Shown piece by piece: positions 37,886-50,500 of a DNA stretch of 64,000 bases. Position 1 is the first letter of the stretch. Every line of letters begins with the position of its first letter. The translations under genes and the position numbers were made by a program. The stretch comes from Eledone cirrhosa (lineage: Eukaryota): assembly GCA_964016885.1 (NCBI GenBank), contig OZ024741.1, positions 192,262,001 through 192,326,000 on the forward strand, written 5' to 3'. The notes beneath the pieces are model-generated. The model was given only the letters and a program-made list of their open reading frames with translations, did no database searches and was not told the DNA's origin.

Positions 37886-38854
37886 TAGAATGTAATCATA
37901 TGTAGTATTTTAGTGTTGCATATTACTATAGTACAGTATAATACTGTGTACTATTCTTGTGTAGCACTGTGTAGTACTCTGTGTAGTTGTTTTGTCTTGA
38001 TCAAATCCTTTATTGTGTCTTTTTTTAAAAAAGATTTTTGAAGGCCACAGTTTTCATGCCTTTTTTTGTCACTTTATTTCATTGAATATGACAAGTCTCC
38101 CTCTTCCACAAGTCCCATCCATTTCAAATGCTCAACCCTTTTTAATACCACTCTCCTGCTTCTTACACATCACATGATCATACCAGTGCACTTGTCTCTC
38201 TTGCATGTTACATTCAATTCCTCTTATACTCAGCTTTTCTTTCTGTTTAATTGTGCTCCGTGCACATACATTCACATCACATATCCAGCCTAGCTTCTGC
38301 AGCAGGGCTCATGTCTTGCTGCCATGCAGCATTGCAGTTTGAACACAGGCATCATATAATCCTCCATTCATTCTGAAATCTAGGGGGTAAACCACAAGCA
38401 AGGTTGTTGAATAACATCAATAAGCTTGGTGGTCTCCATTAAGGCTCTAGCCAGATCCTCTAGAGATGATTGCTTCTGATAGGATCCTCCAGAAATTTGT
38501 TCTCATGACACTCTCAGGAATAGGTGAGTGAAGAAGAAAAAGCAGCAGCAGCAGTAGCAGCCTTGAACAGAGTGAAAAATAAGACGCAATAAACTAACTC
38601 TTTTAGAATCTGAAATAGAATCAACACCATCTCTCTCAGAGTACCTATGTATAAATTTGAGCGACTTTCGTCCGTCCGTCCGTCCAACACACTTTGTGTG
38701 TGTTTGTTTGTGTGAATGTATGTGTGTGTAAAAGGAAGGAAGGAAGGGGATGGTGAAAAACTCTAGCAAAACAGCAGCTGGCGTTTCCATTTGCTATGAT
38801 GTGTGTGAATGTATGTGTAAGTGTGTGTTTGTGTAAATGTATGTGTGTGTGTCA

Positions 38855-40100
38855 TCATCATCGTCATCATCGTTTAACGTCTATCTTCCATGCTAGCATG
38901 GGTTTAGATGGGAATTGTCCCACGTGAGGAAAGACTGGTTGTCTTGCCCATATAGGACTGTCTGGCAGGTTTTCTACGGCTGGATGCCCTTCCTAACACC
39001 AACCACGTTTACAGTGTGGACTGGGAGGTTAGTACCGTGTTACCTACACGGTCACATTTCAGCGTGGACTGTGTGTTTTTTTGTTGTGACACCTACACAA
39101 CCTCATTTATTTAGGACTGGATGTTGTGGCACCAACATAACTTTACATAGGAGGGGGTGGTGTGGATGGGGGTGGGGGTAGGTGTAGTGGTATGGGGGTG
39201 TATTTTTGATTAGGAGGTGCCTACTGACTGTAGGTTTCGCTTTGTATTTAGGCAAGGCGGGTCTTCTGTATTACTGCGCAGCGCCAAAGATCTCAGTCCA
39301 GTGACATTGTCTTGGAGAGGTGTAAGTGTGTAAGGTCGGAATTTATCAAATCGTCCCAGGTTTTTCTGGGTCTGCCTACTCCATAGCTTCCATCTATTTT
39401 GATCGCCCTGCACTTTTTTATACAGCTGTCGTCTTTCATGTGCATCACGTGACCATACCAACAAAGTCTTCTCTCGAGTAAACAGCATCTGATCCCTCTT
39501 ATTCCTAATTTCTCACTTAGTTCGTTTATGCTTTGCCGTTCACGTATATTACTATTACACATCCAACAGTGCATGCAAGCTTCGTTCCTCTCCAGTCTGC
39601 GCAGATCCTCTGCACACAATGCCCTTGTCTCACTGCCATGTAACATTGCTGTTCGTATGCAGGCATCATACAGCCTGCCTTTCATTTTTAGAGAGAACCC
39701 TTTAGCAGCCAATAGTGGTATAAGTTCTCTGAACTTTTTCCATCCCGTTCTAACTCTGGCTACTGTACTTTCAGAGCACCCTCCACCACTGCTGATTTTG
39801 TCACCCAGGTAATGGAAGGTGTCCACTATTTCTATAGAACCATCTGGGCAATAGAAGGAGCTAGTATTCTGTGGGCACTTGCTACTTATTGCACCTGAGC
39901 GCCGGCCACATATAAAATCTATGTTCTTAGTTAGTTTACCTGTGATCCCACTACATCTTTTATGTACCCATACTTTGCATTTGGGACATAAAATGGAGTT
40001 TCTGCCTACTCCTTTCCTACACACTGAGCATGGCCATTTCCCAGAGGGGACAAGTGCCCTATTTTCCTTCCTACATACTAGAACTTTAGTCTTAGACAAG
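38855..40100 (-). mobile_element. 5'-truncated RTE LINE with PHD-like finger
   Basis: INLSKTKVL...PCSVCRKGVGRNSILCPKCKVWVHKRC...FHYLG...RRLCWYGHVMHM...GRPRKTW; 3' UTR and (ATG)n tail. Confidence 0.9.
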
Positions 40101-40529
40101 TTAATGTGTGTTTGTGTGAATGTATGTGCGTGTGTGTGTTTGTGTAAATGTATGTGTGTGTGTGTTTGTGTGAAGGTATGTGTGTATTTGTGTGAATGTA
40201 TGTCTGTGAGTGTGTATTTTTGTAAGTGTGTCTGTGTTTGCATGTTTATATTTATATACTTATACACATAAAGGTATGCATATGCACATACACACACGCA
40301 CACACATTTACACATATGCGTCAGTGAGTTGAAAAAAATCCTAGTACATAGAAACTGGAGCACATTGTCAAAACTGCAAGCCTGTATTCAAGTAAATCAA
40401 AGAGATGCTACATATGCTTCACACAGAAATATAAGAATATGATCCAATATGTTAAACAGGATATTTGAAATATTGTTCACATGCAGTTAAATTTCTCCTG
40501 AGAAATATTTTCACTTGCAGATTGGCTAA

Positions 40530-40716
40530 TCATTCCTTCCAATATCTGCACTGGCTAAACCCATCAAAATCACACAGTAATAATTCCCCTTTCATAGGAG
40601 TATCTCCTGCTTCTGTACAAGTGATAGGTAGACAGCCCTTTCTACATAAAATCTCCCCTATCTCCTCAGCAGCTTGAGAGACACACGTTTCTGGTTGCTT
40701 TATAATTTGAACAAAA
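40530..40716 (-). CDS. Candidate terminal coding exon of an unidentified gene convergent with BBS1
   Basis: Minus strand ttttcataaatcag| acceptor, then 1 nt plus 61 open codons FVQIIKQPETCVSQAAEEIGEILCRKGCLPITCTEAGDTPMKGELLLCDFDGFSQCRYWKE and TGA. Non-repetitive, more GC-rich than its flanks; no family recognised. Confidence 0.45.
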
Positions 40717-41486
40717 CTGATTTATGAAAATTGAATATTTTAACCGTTACTCTGTGACCCCAAAGATCCTCTATTCATTTATTTTATTATTCAAAGGCTT
40801 GTCATTAGCAAGAAACTTTGAGTAATAATGGAGTGAATCTTCAGTTTTAAATGAATATATACACTCTGCTTCATGCACTGAATACTTTTTCCACCATTTA
40901 TATATCCAAACAATTACATACATCTATAAATATAAAATTTGTATTTGTAATTATTAGACAATTATAAAAATTGGATATAGTTATGGATGTCTGTGTATTA
41001 ACATCATTATATTTACTTGATACCTTTCAAATTTAAACAACTGGCATTCATAAACAATGATTAATGATAGATATTTCCACAATAATCACCCAGATGTTAA
41101 AGACAAAAGTTACCAATAGTTTGATAATCTTCCTAAACGAAGCTTATTATCCAGCCTCCTACACATTTCCATAACTATAATCTCATGGAATTATATTGGC
41201 AGAATTGCTAGGGTGTCAGAAAATGCTTTGTAGCATTTAGTTATGTCTTTACATTTTTCATTCAAACCTTATTGGTTTCATATTTAGTGGTCATCCTTCT
41301 GGGGTTGATAGAATAAAGTACCAGTCAAGTACTGGTGTCAATTCAATTGACATTCCTCTTCACCTAAATTGCTGGCCTTGTGCTTAAATCTAAACTATAA
41401 TAAAGGAAGGTCTGTGTGGACTGCATATGGTTTATTTCTTTTAATCCAGTTAGTAAAATAAGTTGGATTACTTTGAATAAATAATT

Positions 41487-41652
41487 GTTTCTACATTTGG
41501 CACAAGGCCAGCAATTAGCCAGTACATTACTGGTACTTTATTTTATCGACCCCGTAAGGATGAAAGGCAAAGTTAACCTCGGCAGGATTTGAACTAAGGG
41601 GACATAACTATGCTGGTAAGCATGTCCGACCCTCTACCGATACTGCCAATTC
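41487..41652 (-). mobile_element. Meta-like SINE copy
   Basis: Reverse complement of the 45285-45480 family. Confidence 0.8.
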
Positions 41653-41933
41653 AATAATGAATGAATATTACATAATTTATGTACTAAACTTCGTAAACAA
41701 AAATAAATAATGAATGATAATTTTGTAAAAATAAATAATTTCAAATTGACTTCTTTTCAAAGTTGCACTTCCGGTATATCATCACCACCACCACCACTAC
41801 CATATATATAGAAAGAGAAAGTCTGTGATGAGAGAGATAGAGAGATTATGATTTTCTACACGCTGACGTGTATGAGTGTGCACATACATACATCTATATG
41901 TATGAGTATATAACTTATATATATATATATATA

Positions 41934-44900
41934 TTTTTTTTTTTTCTAGTATATTTAATATTTATGAGATGAAAGAATGGTATTTAACTAATGTATTGGT
42001 ACGCGATGGGGCCTACCCACAGCCCCGGCGGACAGAATGGAGAAGGCATTTCCCCGGAAGACGGCAAGGGAGACGCGCTGGAAAAGCCACTCCAACTCGC
42101 GGGGCTCACAACTACGGCTGGCCAGCTCAGCACCTATGGTGGTGAGTAAGGAGGTAGCCCTGGGGCCGAGGACACCAGAAGTTTCCACTGCCAGGGGTAC
42201 AACCGCAAACCTGTCGGAGAGCGACCGGTATTTGAGGAGTTTGGCCCCCTCAGCCCGACGTGCAGCAGAACCTGGGTCAGTCGCAGACTGCACCAGGTTG
42301 TGGCAGCACAAAGTGTTGGTGCAAGTGGCATCCCAGATGAGGGGTTTGCCACCGTGGAATGGGAAGATGGTCATGCCATCTGGCCTTTTGCCGTCCCCTC
42401 GATCCAGCCCCACCGGCTTGAGTTTAGAAGGGAAGCCTGCAGTGTCCAAGCCATGCTTAATGACCTCGTTGAGGGCAGTATGGCGTGGAATGCGGCCGGC
42501 ACTGTGGCGACAGGAAAGCGGGTGGAGGCCGAAAGAGCCCACAGTGGAACCGCAGCGACATTGGTGTGGCTGGCAGATCCGGAGGCCGAGCCTCAGGGAA
42601 ACGGCGATTCGCAGGCTATGGTTGTCTAGCTGTGTGCCATTGGAGAAGAAGGGCAGAGCATGGAGCCAGGCACCACTGTGGGGTTTGGAGGCCGCACGAA
42701 AACAAGCAAGGCGGTGCTGGTCGAGCTGGCGTGTGAGCCTGTCTGAAGCCAGGCTGCACTGGATGGCATCCCATGTGTGTTGGGGGGGACTTGACGTCAA
42801 CAGGGGGGGAAGGAGGAGGGACGTCTACTAGGCTAAGTCCCAGCCGGTCCCACATTTCACAGGCGGACTCACGTTCTCTGAACATAGAGGGTTCTGTTGT
42901 GTTTGAAGAACCCTGCTGACGAGGATGCGGCACGAGGTTACCGATGAAAGATACGCCGGCAAAGCTAGTGAAATCGGGGACCAGAGGCCTAGGCCGCCAT
43001 ACCTGACCGGTAAAGTGGCCTGTTACCACCCTATGTCGTCAAACTTGACGTTGCATATCCCCTCGGCTGCTGCTCGGATACAAGTATCGAGGTCAGCGAG
43101 GAGAGATGTCTGGGTGTAGCATGGAGCGCTGCGGAGTGTATAGAGGAGCTTCGGCATGGCGAAGCAGTTTCTCAGCAGAAAGAGAGCTGGGTAGCCGTCA
43201 ATAAAGCCCAGTCGGCTCGCAAGAGTCTGGAGTTGTTAAAGCCTGGACCTGATGGTGGAGCGGATGGCCGGCAGGTGGATCGGTGACCCGAGGATGAGGA
43301 CATCCTCTTTGGGGGTCACCTGAACCTGGCGGAGAATGGACCGCACGTCCAAGACGGAGGCTGCAAAGCTCACAGCATCGAGGCTGACGTTCACCACCTC
43401 TGACTTGGCCCAATTGACCTGGAGGCCGATTCCCGCCAGGGCAGGAATCACCGACTGAAGGTCTTGGCAGACCGTCCGTACGGGCCCGCCCAACGTAGCA
43501 TCATCCAGATACCAAACGTTGAGAGGAGCCGTGATACTCTGGGCGATGTGGTCAATACCAAGGGCAAACAGGAGGGGTCCCAAAGGGTCGCCCTGTTGGA
43601 CCACAGTAGCCGAGGGTATGACCGTAGCAGCAGCTAGGGGCAGGCTCCGGGCTCCATATGACAGGTAGGCCAGCGGGTAGGCAGAGGAGGCTCGGCTGAG
43701 GCAGGCCTCGAGCAGATGATCCCGGCGTAAAGAGTTAAAGGCATTCCTCATGTCAAGCTTGACAATGAGGTGCCTGGAGTCCCTGGGTGCCGGTACCGAT
43801 GGGCAGCTGCTGAAGAACTGCCTGATTGCATGAGAGGCTCCCTCATAACCACCAGACACGTTGACACCCAGTTGCACCGGACTAAACTCCTCACCCAGTT
43901 CATGTGTGACGGACTTGCAGATCACCTTGGCAGCCAGCCTCCGGAAGACATTGCCCACAGCAATGGGGCGTATGCCACCCTCTTTCTTCCTGAGAGCGGT
44001 GAGGCTGGCCGAAAAAAAGAGGCCTCGGGCGTAAGGGTCGAGGGCACCATGAAAGAGCCTATTGGTGAGCGCCACAATTGCACTCAGAAGGCGGCGCCCG
44101 GCCTCAGCGGAGAGGGGGGATGTCAACTCCTTGAGGTGGCCTGGTCGGAGACCATCAACACCTCCGCAGCTGCTAGCTGGGAAGGACCTGATGGCGGATA
44201 TCTGCATCAGTAGCCACAAGGAGCAGGTGGGGGTCGGGTGGGGGTATGGGTCTGAGATCAGTGGGTGGCTCAGGGTGTTTGAGCCGCAGAGCAGCCAGGA
44301 TCTCCTCGGTAGGTTGGAGGACAGTGTCCTCTGAGGCAACAACTCTGACTGCGGCCGAGACATCACCCATGATAAGCTTTGCGTTTACCTGGTCATGCAA
44401 ATGCTTGGCGCTGGCCTCGGGGGTGGAGGATAGGGGGTACCTGAGGGTGGGGTGTGTGGCGTCCCTGGGCACGCTTGGAATGGGCGCTCGCCCAAATGAC
44501 GAGACATTGGCCGTGACGAAGGCTGCTGCTGACCGGCCGCCCCGGTCAGCGCCAGAGCTGGGGATCCCGAGGGAGAGTGGGGCGAAATAGAACAGCCGCT
44601 CCCAGTCATTGGCTCGATTGGAGTCCAGGGCGCTCTCAATCGAGGAAGCGAGGGCATCGGCCACCGGCACCCGTGCTGCTCTCGGGATCCTGAGTGGGAT
44701 CTTCCGGAGCCGCCTGAGCCGAGCGGCATCAGAGATGGGTGGCTGGTGTGTGTGGTTGGAAGGGAAAGTGCTGGTAAGAGGGCAGCATAGTTCACCTATA
44801 TATATGGAGGTGCCAGAAAACGAGAGCGAAAAGGGGCTGCATGAAGGGGGAGACACAGGAAGGTAGAATGGCAGTAAATGAATGAGTGAATGGATGGATG

Positions 44901-45000
44901 TACACAAAAAAGGGGAGGGGGGGGGGGAACAAGGGGTTGTTCCCAGCGGAAAGACCCAGAATTCAGCACGCACACATGCGAGCAACTGAGCAGTTTGTCA
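41934..45000 (-). mobile_element. CRE-clade non-LTR retrotransposon (RT plus restriction-like endonuclease), lightly disrupted
   Basis: GGIRPIAVGNVFRRLAAK, KLDMRNAFNSLRR, QQGDPLGPLLF, WYLDD; C-terminal C.CG...HPLSC knuckle, RH...N, KRPDG...IWD...KY...VETSG. 12-nt poly(A) abutting (TA)n. The ORF is split by a few frameshifts and stops; the 5' boundary is uncertain. Confidence 0.88.
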
Positions 45001-45284
45001 AAGACGATATTCTCAATGGACGCGCTTACAATATTTGAATATAACTGAACCGTCGTGTCATTTAATTTGAAAAGTGGAGCAAAGTAAAAGGAGAATAGTG
45101 AATTTGGAGTGTCAATCCCTTGTGATTTTTTTTTTCTTTTTCAATACCGGACTTACAGTTTTCCAGGATTTATACTCATTTTTTTTTTCCTTCAAAAGGA
45201 TGGAGGCGTTTTATCTCCTTATGAAACTAACATTACTTAATGATGTTCGTCATCTATGGCTTATTCATATGTATTATTTCATAA

Positions 45285-45524
45285 GGGCGGTGGATTGGCA
45301 GTATCGGTAGAGGGTCGGACGCCATGCTTTCCAGCATAGTTACCTCCCTTTACGATCTGAGTTCAACTCCCGCCGAGGTTAACTTTGCCTTTCATCCTTA
45401 CGGGGTCGATAAAATAAAGTGCCAGTAATGAACTGGGTAATTGCTGGCCTTGTGTAAAGTGCCTAAAGTAGAAACAATTATTTCATAAGGGCGGTGGATT
45501 GGCAGTATCGGTAGAGGGTCGGAC
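45285..45524 (+). mobile_element. Meta-like SINE followed by a second SINE head cut by the Tx1 array
   Basis: ttatttcataagggcggtggattggcagtatcggtagagggtcggac occurs twice (about 45274 and 45478); the second copy runs directly into Tx1 ORF2 sequence. Confidence 0.8.
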
Positions 45525-46538
45525 GGTCAAGCAAAGACCGAGGAAAATGGGCGACTGGCACATCGAATGTGCTCAGGCACTCACACCCCTCTGGCAGGCG
45601 GACGCGGCGATTAGTGGAGACTCCACTTCGTCATTCTATAGAGGGTTGGTCCGCAGCAAGTGCGACGATGCGCTCGGAGAAACTCTAGGCGTAGAGGAAG
45701 ACGAACTGGCCAGTCTGTTCGATATGACCTTCCGCCCGGGGACCGATGGACAACATCCAAAAGTCCCTGGCCTGTCTGTGCTACCGAGGAGCTCTACCAG
45801 TTCGAGACAAGCTCTACAGACATGGCACCCGGGCAGGAACCCTTCGAAAAAGATCTGTCCGAGATGCGTGCGAGACGAAGAAACCGTCACGCACGCACTC
45901 ATACACTGCTCGGGCGTTACCGACCTGTGGGGCTATGTAGAACGACTATTGTCGCGGGTGGGACCAATCCGGTTGACCACAGAGTCCATTGTCATGATCA
46001 AACCGCCACCCTCCTTCAAAAATGAAGGAGAGGCGGTTTTCCTTTGTGTGATAGCTATGGCGAAAGAGGTTGTATGGTGGACGAGGTTAAAAGTGTTGAG
46101 GTCAGACACCTTTTCCCTCCGGCTAACAACTGATTCTTTTTTTCAAATACCACCTTGGAAGAAGAATCAGGATGGAGTGAGAGGTGCTGTACCCCAGCAA
46201 GTTTTATGAAAGGTGGGTGAAAGTGGCGAGAATGGCCCGAGTGAATGGGCCTTATCTCTATATCATCCTGTAGGTTGAGGAAAAAGAGGAAGAGAGGAGG
46301 GGGGTACTCACTCTTCGTACTCCTGGAGATGAGGGTTGCACATTTTTTTTCGGCGGTATGTGTTACCCATATAAACTGTCTCCCTCTATTGGGGAAAATC
46401 GACTAACTTTTTAAATCCCATTTGTGATAACATTTTACACGTTTTTATTGTATGTAAACTTCCCCCTTTGTATTTGTCCCCTTCTTTTGTGCCCCTGTGG
46501 CTAATAAAGAAATATATCTATCTATCTATATACCTATC
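45525..46538 (+). mobile_element. Tx1-clade LINE copy 1 (5'-truncated)
   Basis: ORF2 C-terminus with CPRC...ETVTHALIHC finger, 3' UTR, AATAAA and (TATC)n. Confidence 0.88.
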
Positions 46539-46826
46539 TTTGTGAACTATTATTTTTATACCAATTTGTAGAGGGGCTGACAGGTCAAATTTTGGTCTGG
46601 TCAGCCTCCAAAAATATCGTGCCCCTCAGAGCAAAAACATCCAACATATTTTCGAAAATTTTTGCCAAACACTTCACTTTAAAAAAAATGGCCGAACCAA
46701 AGGCACTTTCTTCCTTGTCAATACAAGAAGATGGGAAGGGAAAGCCATGCCTATTTGACCAGCAGATAGTAGCAGACAAGAACAAAAGAATGCCAACATT
46801 ATCGCCTCAATATTTAGAAGAGGAAC

Positions 46827-47007
46827 GGTGGATTGGCAGTATCGGTAGAGGGTCGGACGCCATGCTTTCCAGCATAGTTACGTCCCTTTTCGATCTGAGT
46901 TCAAATCCCGCCGAGGTTGACTTTGCCTTTCATCCTTGCGGGGTCGATAAAATAAAGTACCAGTAATGTACTGGATAATTGCTGGCCTTGTGCCAAAGGT
47001 AGAAACA
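46827..47007 (+). mobile_element. SINE inserted in Tx1 ORF1
   Basis: 18-bp TSD aatatttagaagaggaac at 46809-46826 and 47008-47025. Confidence 0.92.
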
Positions 47008-47475
47008 AATATTTAGAAGAGGAACAAGCTTCAGTGAAACTGAACACGCCTGACGTCACAAACGTCACATGTATCCACACACAGAAGGAAGAATGTGTAG
47101 CAAATACTAACACCACCACAAGCAACAACAACAACAACAACAACACAATAAATGGGAACAACAACAACAAAAGGAATCAGCGACAACACAACGAATGAGA
47201 CACCACCACCAACAACAATAACAACATTTAATTTGCCGCAACCGTTGCTAAGCAACAGGATTTTAAATATTACCCCATGGACATTTCGCAAAAGTCCCAA
47301 TATTTGGAAGAAGCTTCCAACTATGTGACGTTTGAAGGAGAGATCCCACACATACACATACCACCACAAATAAGAGAGATGACGCCAAAAAAAAAAGAAA
47401 CTGATTTACAGAACACTTGACATTACTACAAAAAAACCCGTAACACTTCCAACAAGCATTATTAAAGCTGCATTA

Positions 47476-47596
47476 GGATGAAAGGCAAAGTTAATCCCGC
47501 CGAGGTTAACTTTGCCTTTCATCCTTACGGGGTCGATAAAATAAAGTACCAGTAATACACTGGGTAATTGCTGGCCTTGTGCCTAAAATAGAAACA
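47476..47596 (+). mobile_element. 5'-truncated SINE with inverted duplication, in Tx1 ORF1
   Basis: 18-bp TSD attattaaagctgcatta at 47458-47475 and 47597-47614. Confidence 0.9.
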
Positions 47597-50500
47597 ATTA
47601 TTAAAGCTGCATTAAAAGACATCATGCCAGACGTGGCATACCTTCAAAGAGCTAAGCAGTATGGAAGTGTGTCAGTGCTCTTTAAGAGTGAAACTCTGGC
47701 TCAAAAACATTCAGTGCACACAATAAAAACGGGTCAACACATCTTCTTCCCCACATACACGGGAAGAAGAACCTACAAAAAAAAAAAAATAACCAGGATC
47801 CCAGCAGAGGTCTACATATGGTGGATCCTACGCTGATCCCGAAGAAGGATGAGGACACCCTCCTATCTGTAGACAGGACAGACCGGAATAATTGGTTTGG
47901 AACCTGCATCGAGGTTCTGGTACAAATGAAGCCAGAGAGAGTAGAAAAAATCTAAAACAAAATCATCCTCGAAGATGTTATCTCCATTTTAGTGGAGAGG
48001 AAAAGACCTCAGTGCCATAAGTGTGGGAAAACCACACACTTGAAGGACTTTTGCCCTCTCTTAAACAAACCAAGGACAAACAAGGTGCTACCACCAACAC
48101 CAAAACCCCAACATCAACACCCCAAACCAAACACAACACAAACACTTGCAACATACACTCCCACAACACCACAGACCAGAGACAAACACACACACACCAT
48201 CCCACTGAAAAACCCTCCCTTGCCTCCTCCCTCTCTGTCATATACTTCCACAAACACCTGCACAAACGCTCCACCACACAACATATCCTCTCATCTACCC
48301 CTGATTCAGAAGTCTCAGACACGAGAACCTCTACATCTCCAAGTAAGGATGAAGAGGAACCCCAAAAATCCCCAAAACAAAAAAGAGACAAAAAAACCCC
48401 CACAAAAGCAAAAACATCTACAGAAAACACGCACACTCCCAACCTCACCATAAACATACCACCACAAATGACAAACACACCAACAACCCAATCACCACCA
48501 ACACAACCAAACACTTCACCAACAAAACAAACACCCACACTACCACAATCACAAACCCAACCACAAAAAGAAAACTACAAACAGAAACAGTACACATAAA
48601 AAACAAAACACATTACACATACATAAAAACAACAAACAAAGAAGTGGTAGAAACTGTCTGAAAGGATCCCACTATCCAAACGAAAGGGAAAACCTTCCCC
48701 ATCAACGACCCACCCCAAACCTTAAACTAATCAGGGTAACAACCCTACAACATGAAACATTAAAAGGGAACTTCCCACACGATGTGGGCCCCCCTTGCCA
48801 AAAACCCCTTAACTGTGTCCTGCTAAAATGATTCCCTCCCTCCCCAAACACCCCCAATCTGGACATGGAGATTGAACAACCCGACCTCCAGGAAACTAAA
48901 AGGGAAGTGTTCCTGCCTTTTCTATCCCTAACTCTTCTTCACCAACATGGCCACTATACAAGTTGGATGTTTGAATGTACATGGCCTGAGCATGCCCTGG
49001 AAACAGGGCCAGTTTTTAAATGATCTGAGGTCATATTGTATAGATGTGATAGCCATCACCGAGTCCAGGATTCACGACAAGCAGCAGCTAACCCCCATGT
49101 TCGATGATTTTGAGATCTACGCATCTCTCTGTCAGCCAGGAGGTGGAGGGGAGTTGCTGTTCTGTTTCGAAAAAACCTGGATCTCAAAGTACAGACGATT
49201 CACTTGGACCCGGAGGGCAGCCTGGTGGTCCTGGACGTGAATGGTAGTGAAGGTGGAGCTTTCAGACTGGTGGCCGTATATGCCCCAACTGGGACATCGC
49301 TACCACAGTTCTTCAAGCGTCTGGAGCCATTCCTGGGAACATATTGCTCCTAAGTGTTAGCGGGGGACTGGAATGGCATGTTAGACGCACGTTGGGACTA
49401 CGTAGGAGTTTGTGATAATAGAGGGGGGTGGGTGGGTAATAGCCTAAAACTTCTCATCAGCCAATTCCAACTGGCTGATAGATATCGACTAGACTTCCCA
49501 AGTGAACCACTGTGGACGTGGAGCAACCGCACTGGATCTTCTAGATCGTATTTAGATAGATTTCTAATTAGACAGAATGATAAGGAAACATTAAGCTGTC
49601 CACAAATGCACATGGTTGCCTTATTCAGACCACAAATTAGTCACCTGCATAGTCAACCTTGATAGAACACATAGACAGGGACCCGGATACTGGAAGCTAA
49701 ACATGTCGCTCCCGGCGCGTAAGGCCTACAGTAAACGGATTAGCACCTTAGTTAAGAGCCAGTTGACGGGGGCCATCGTCAACAACAGGTGGTGGAGCTC
49801 TCTCAAGAGAGCAATTAGAATAGAATCGATAGCATTTAGCAAGGAAGTAGCTTTAGAAACAAACAAAACTGAAAAGGAGCTGGTAACTAAAGTAGAAGAG
49901 GCACTTAGGAATGGCGAGAACGGCACTAGACCAGTTTTTCAACGTGAAACATGAAGTTTGTATTGTCAGAAGTGGAACACGTGCTCTAAGAAACGAGGGT
50001 GCCAAAGCTGTTAGCTGGGCCCGAGTGGTAGAGGCGAAAAGAGGCAACAAATCCACAATTCGCTCTTTGCAAGACAAAGATGGACGCATTCTACTTGAAT
50101 CCAAGCAGATGTGCACGGCCTTCCAGCAGCATTTTTTACAACTGTTGGGGTAAAGCGGTACGTCGGGTGAAGTGATGGACTTCAGTTCCTACCTCGACGG
50201 CGTACCACGACTCTCGAGCATGGATGCAGAGAGCTGCGAAAGACCGATCACAGCGGGCGAAATAGAAGACGCCCTAGGCCGCTGTGGGAAACACAAATCA
50301 CCTGGTTTAGATGCTCTACTCTATGAGTTTTACATAGGCATGCCAGGCTTGCTCTCTGGCGTCCTCGAAGCGGTCTACTGCAACTGGCAGCAGAACGGGA
50401 GGATCCCCAGTTCTGTAGGCAGAGGCGTAGTAACGCTGATCAGGAAAGATGAGAACAAGGGGGATGAGATAAGCAATTTCAGGCCCATAACTCTGCTCAA

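Noticed and set aside
40100-40363. N-terminal extension of the 356-aa ORF 39293-40363
   Set aside because: It is chance read-through of a CA-rich microsatellite into a truncated RTE.
42037-42831. Plus-strand 264-aa ORF and other antisense ORFs over the CRE and Tx1 elements
   Set aside because: They are shadow frames of GC-rich retroelement coding sequence.
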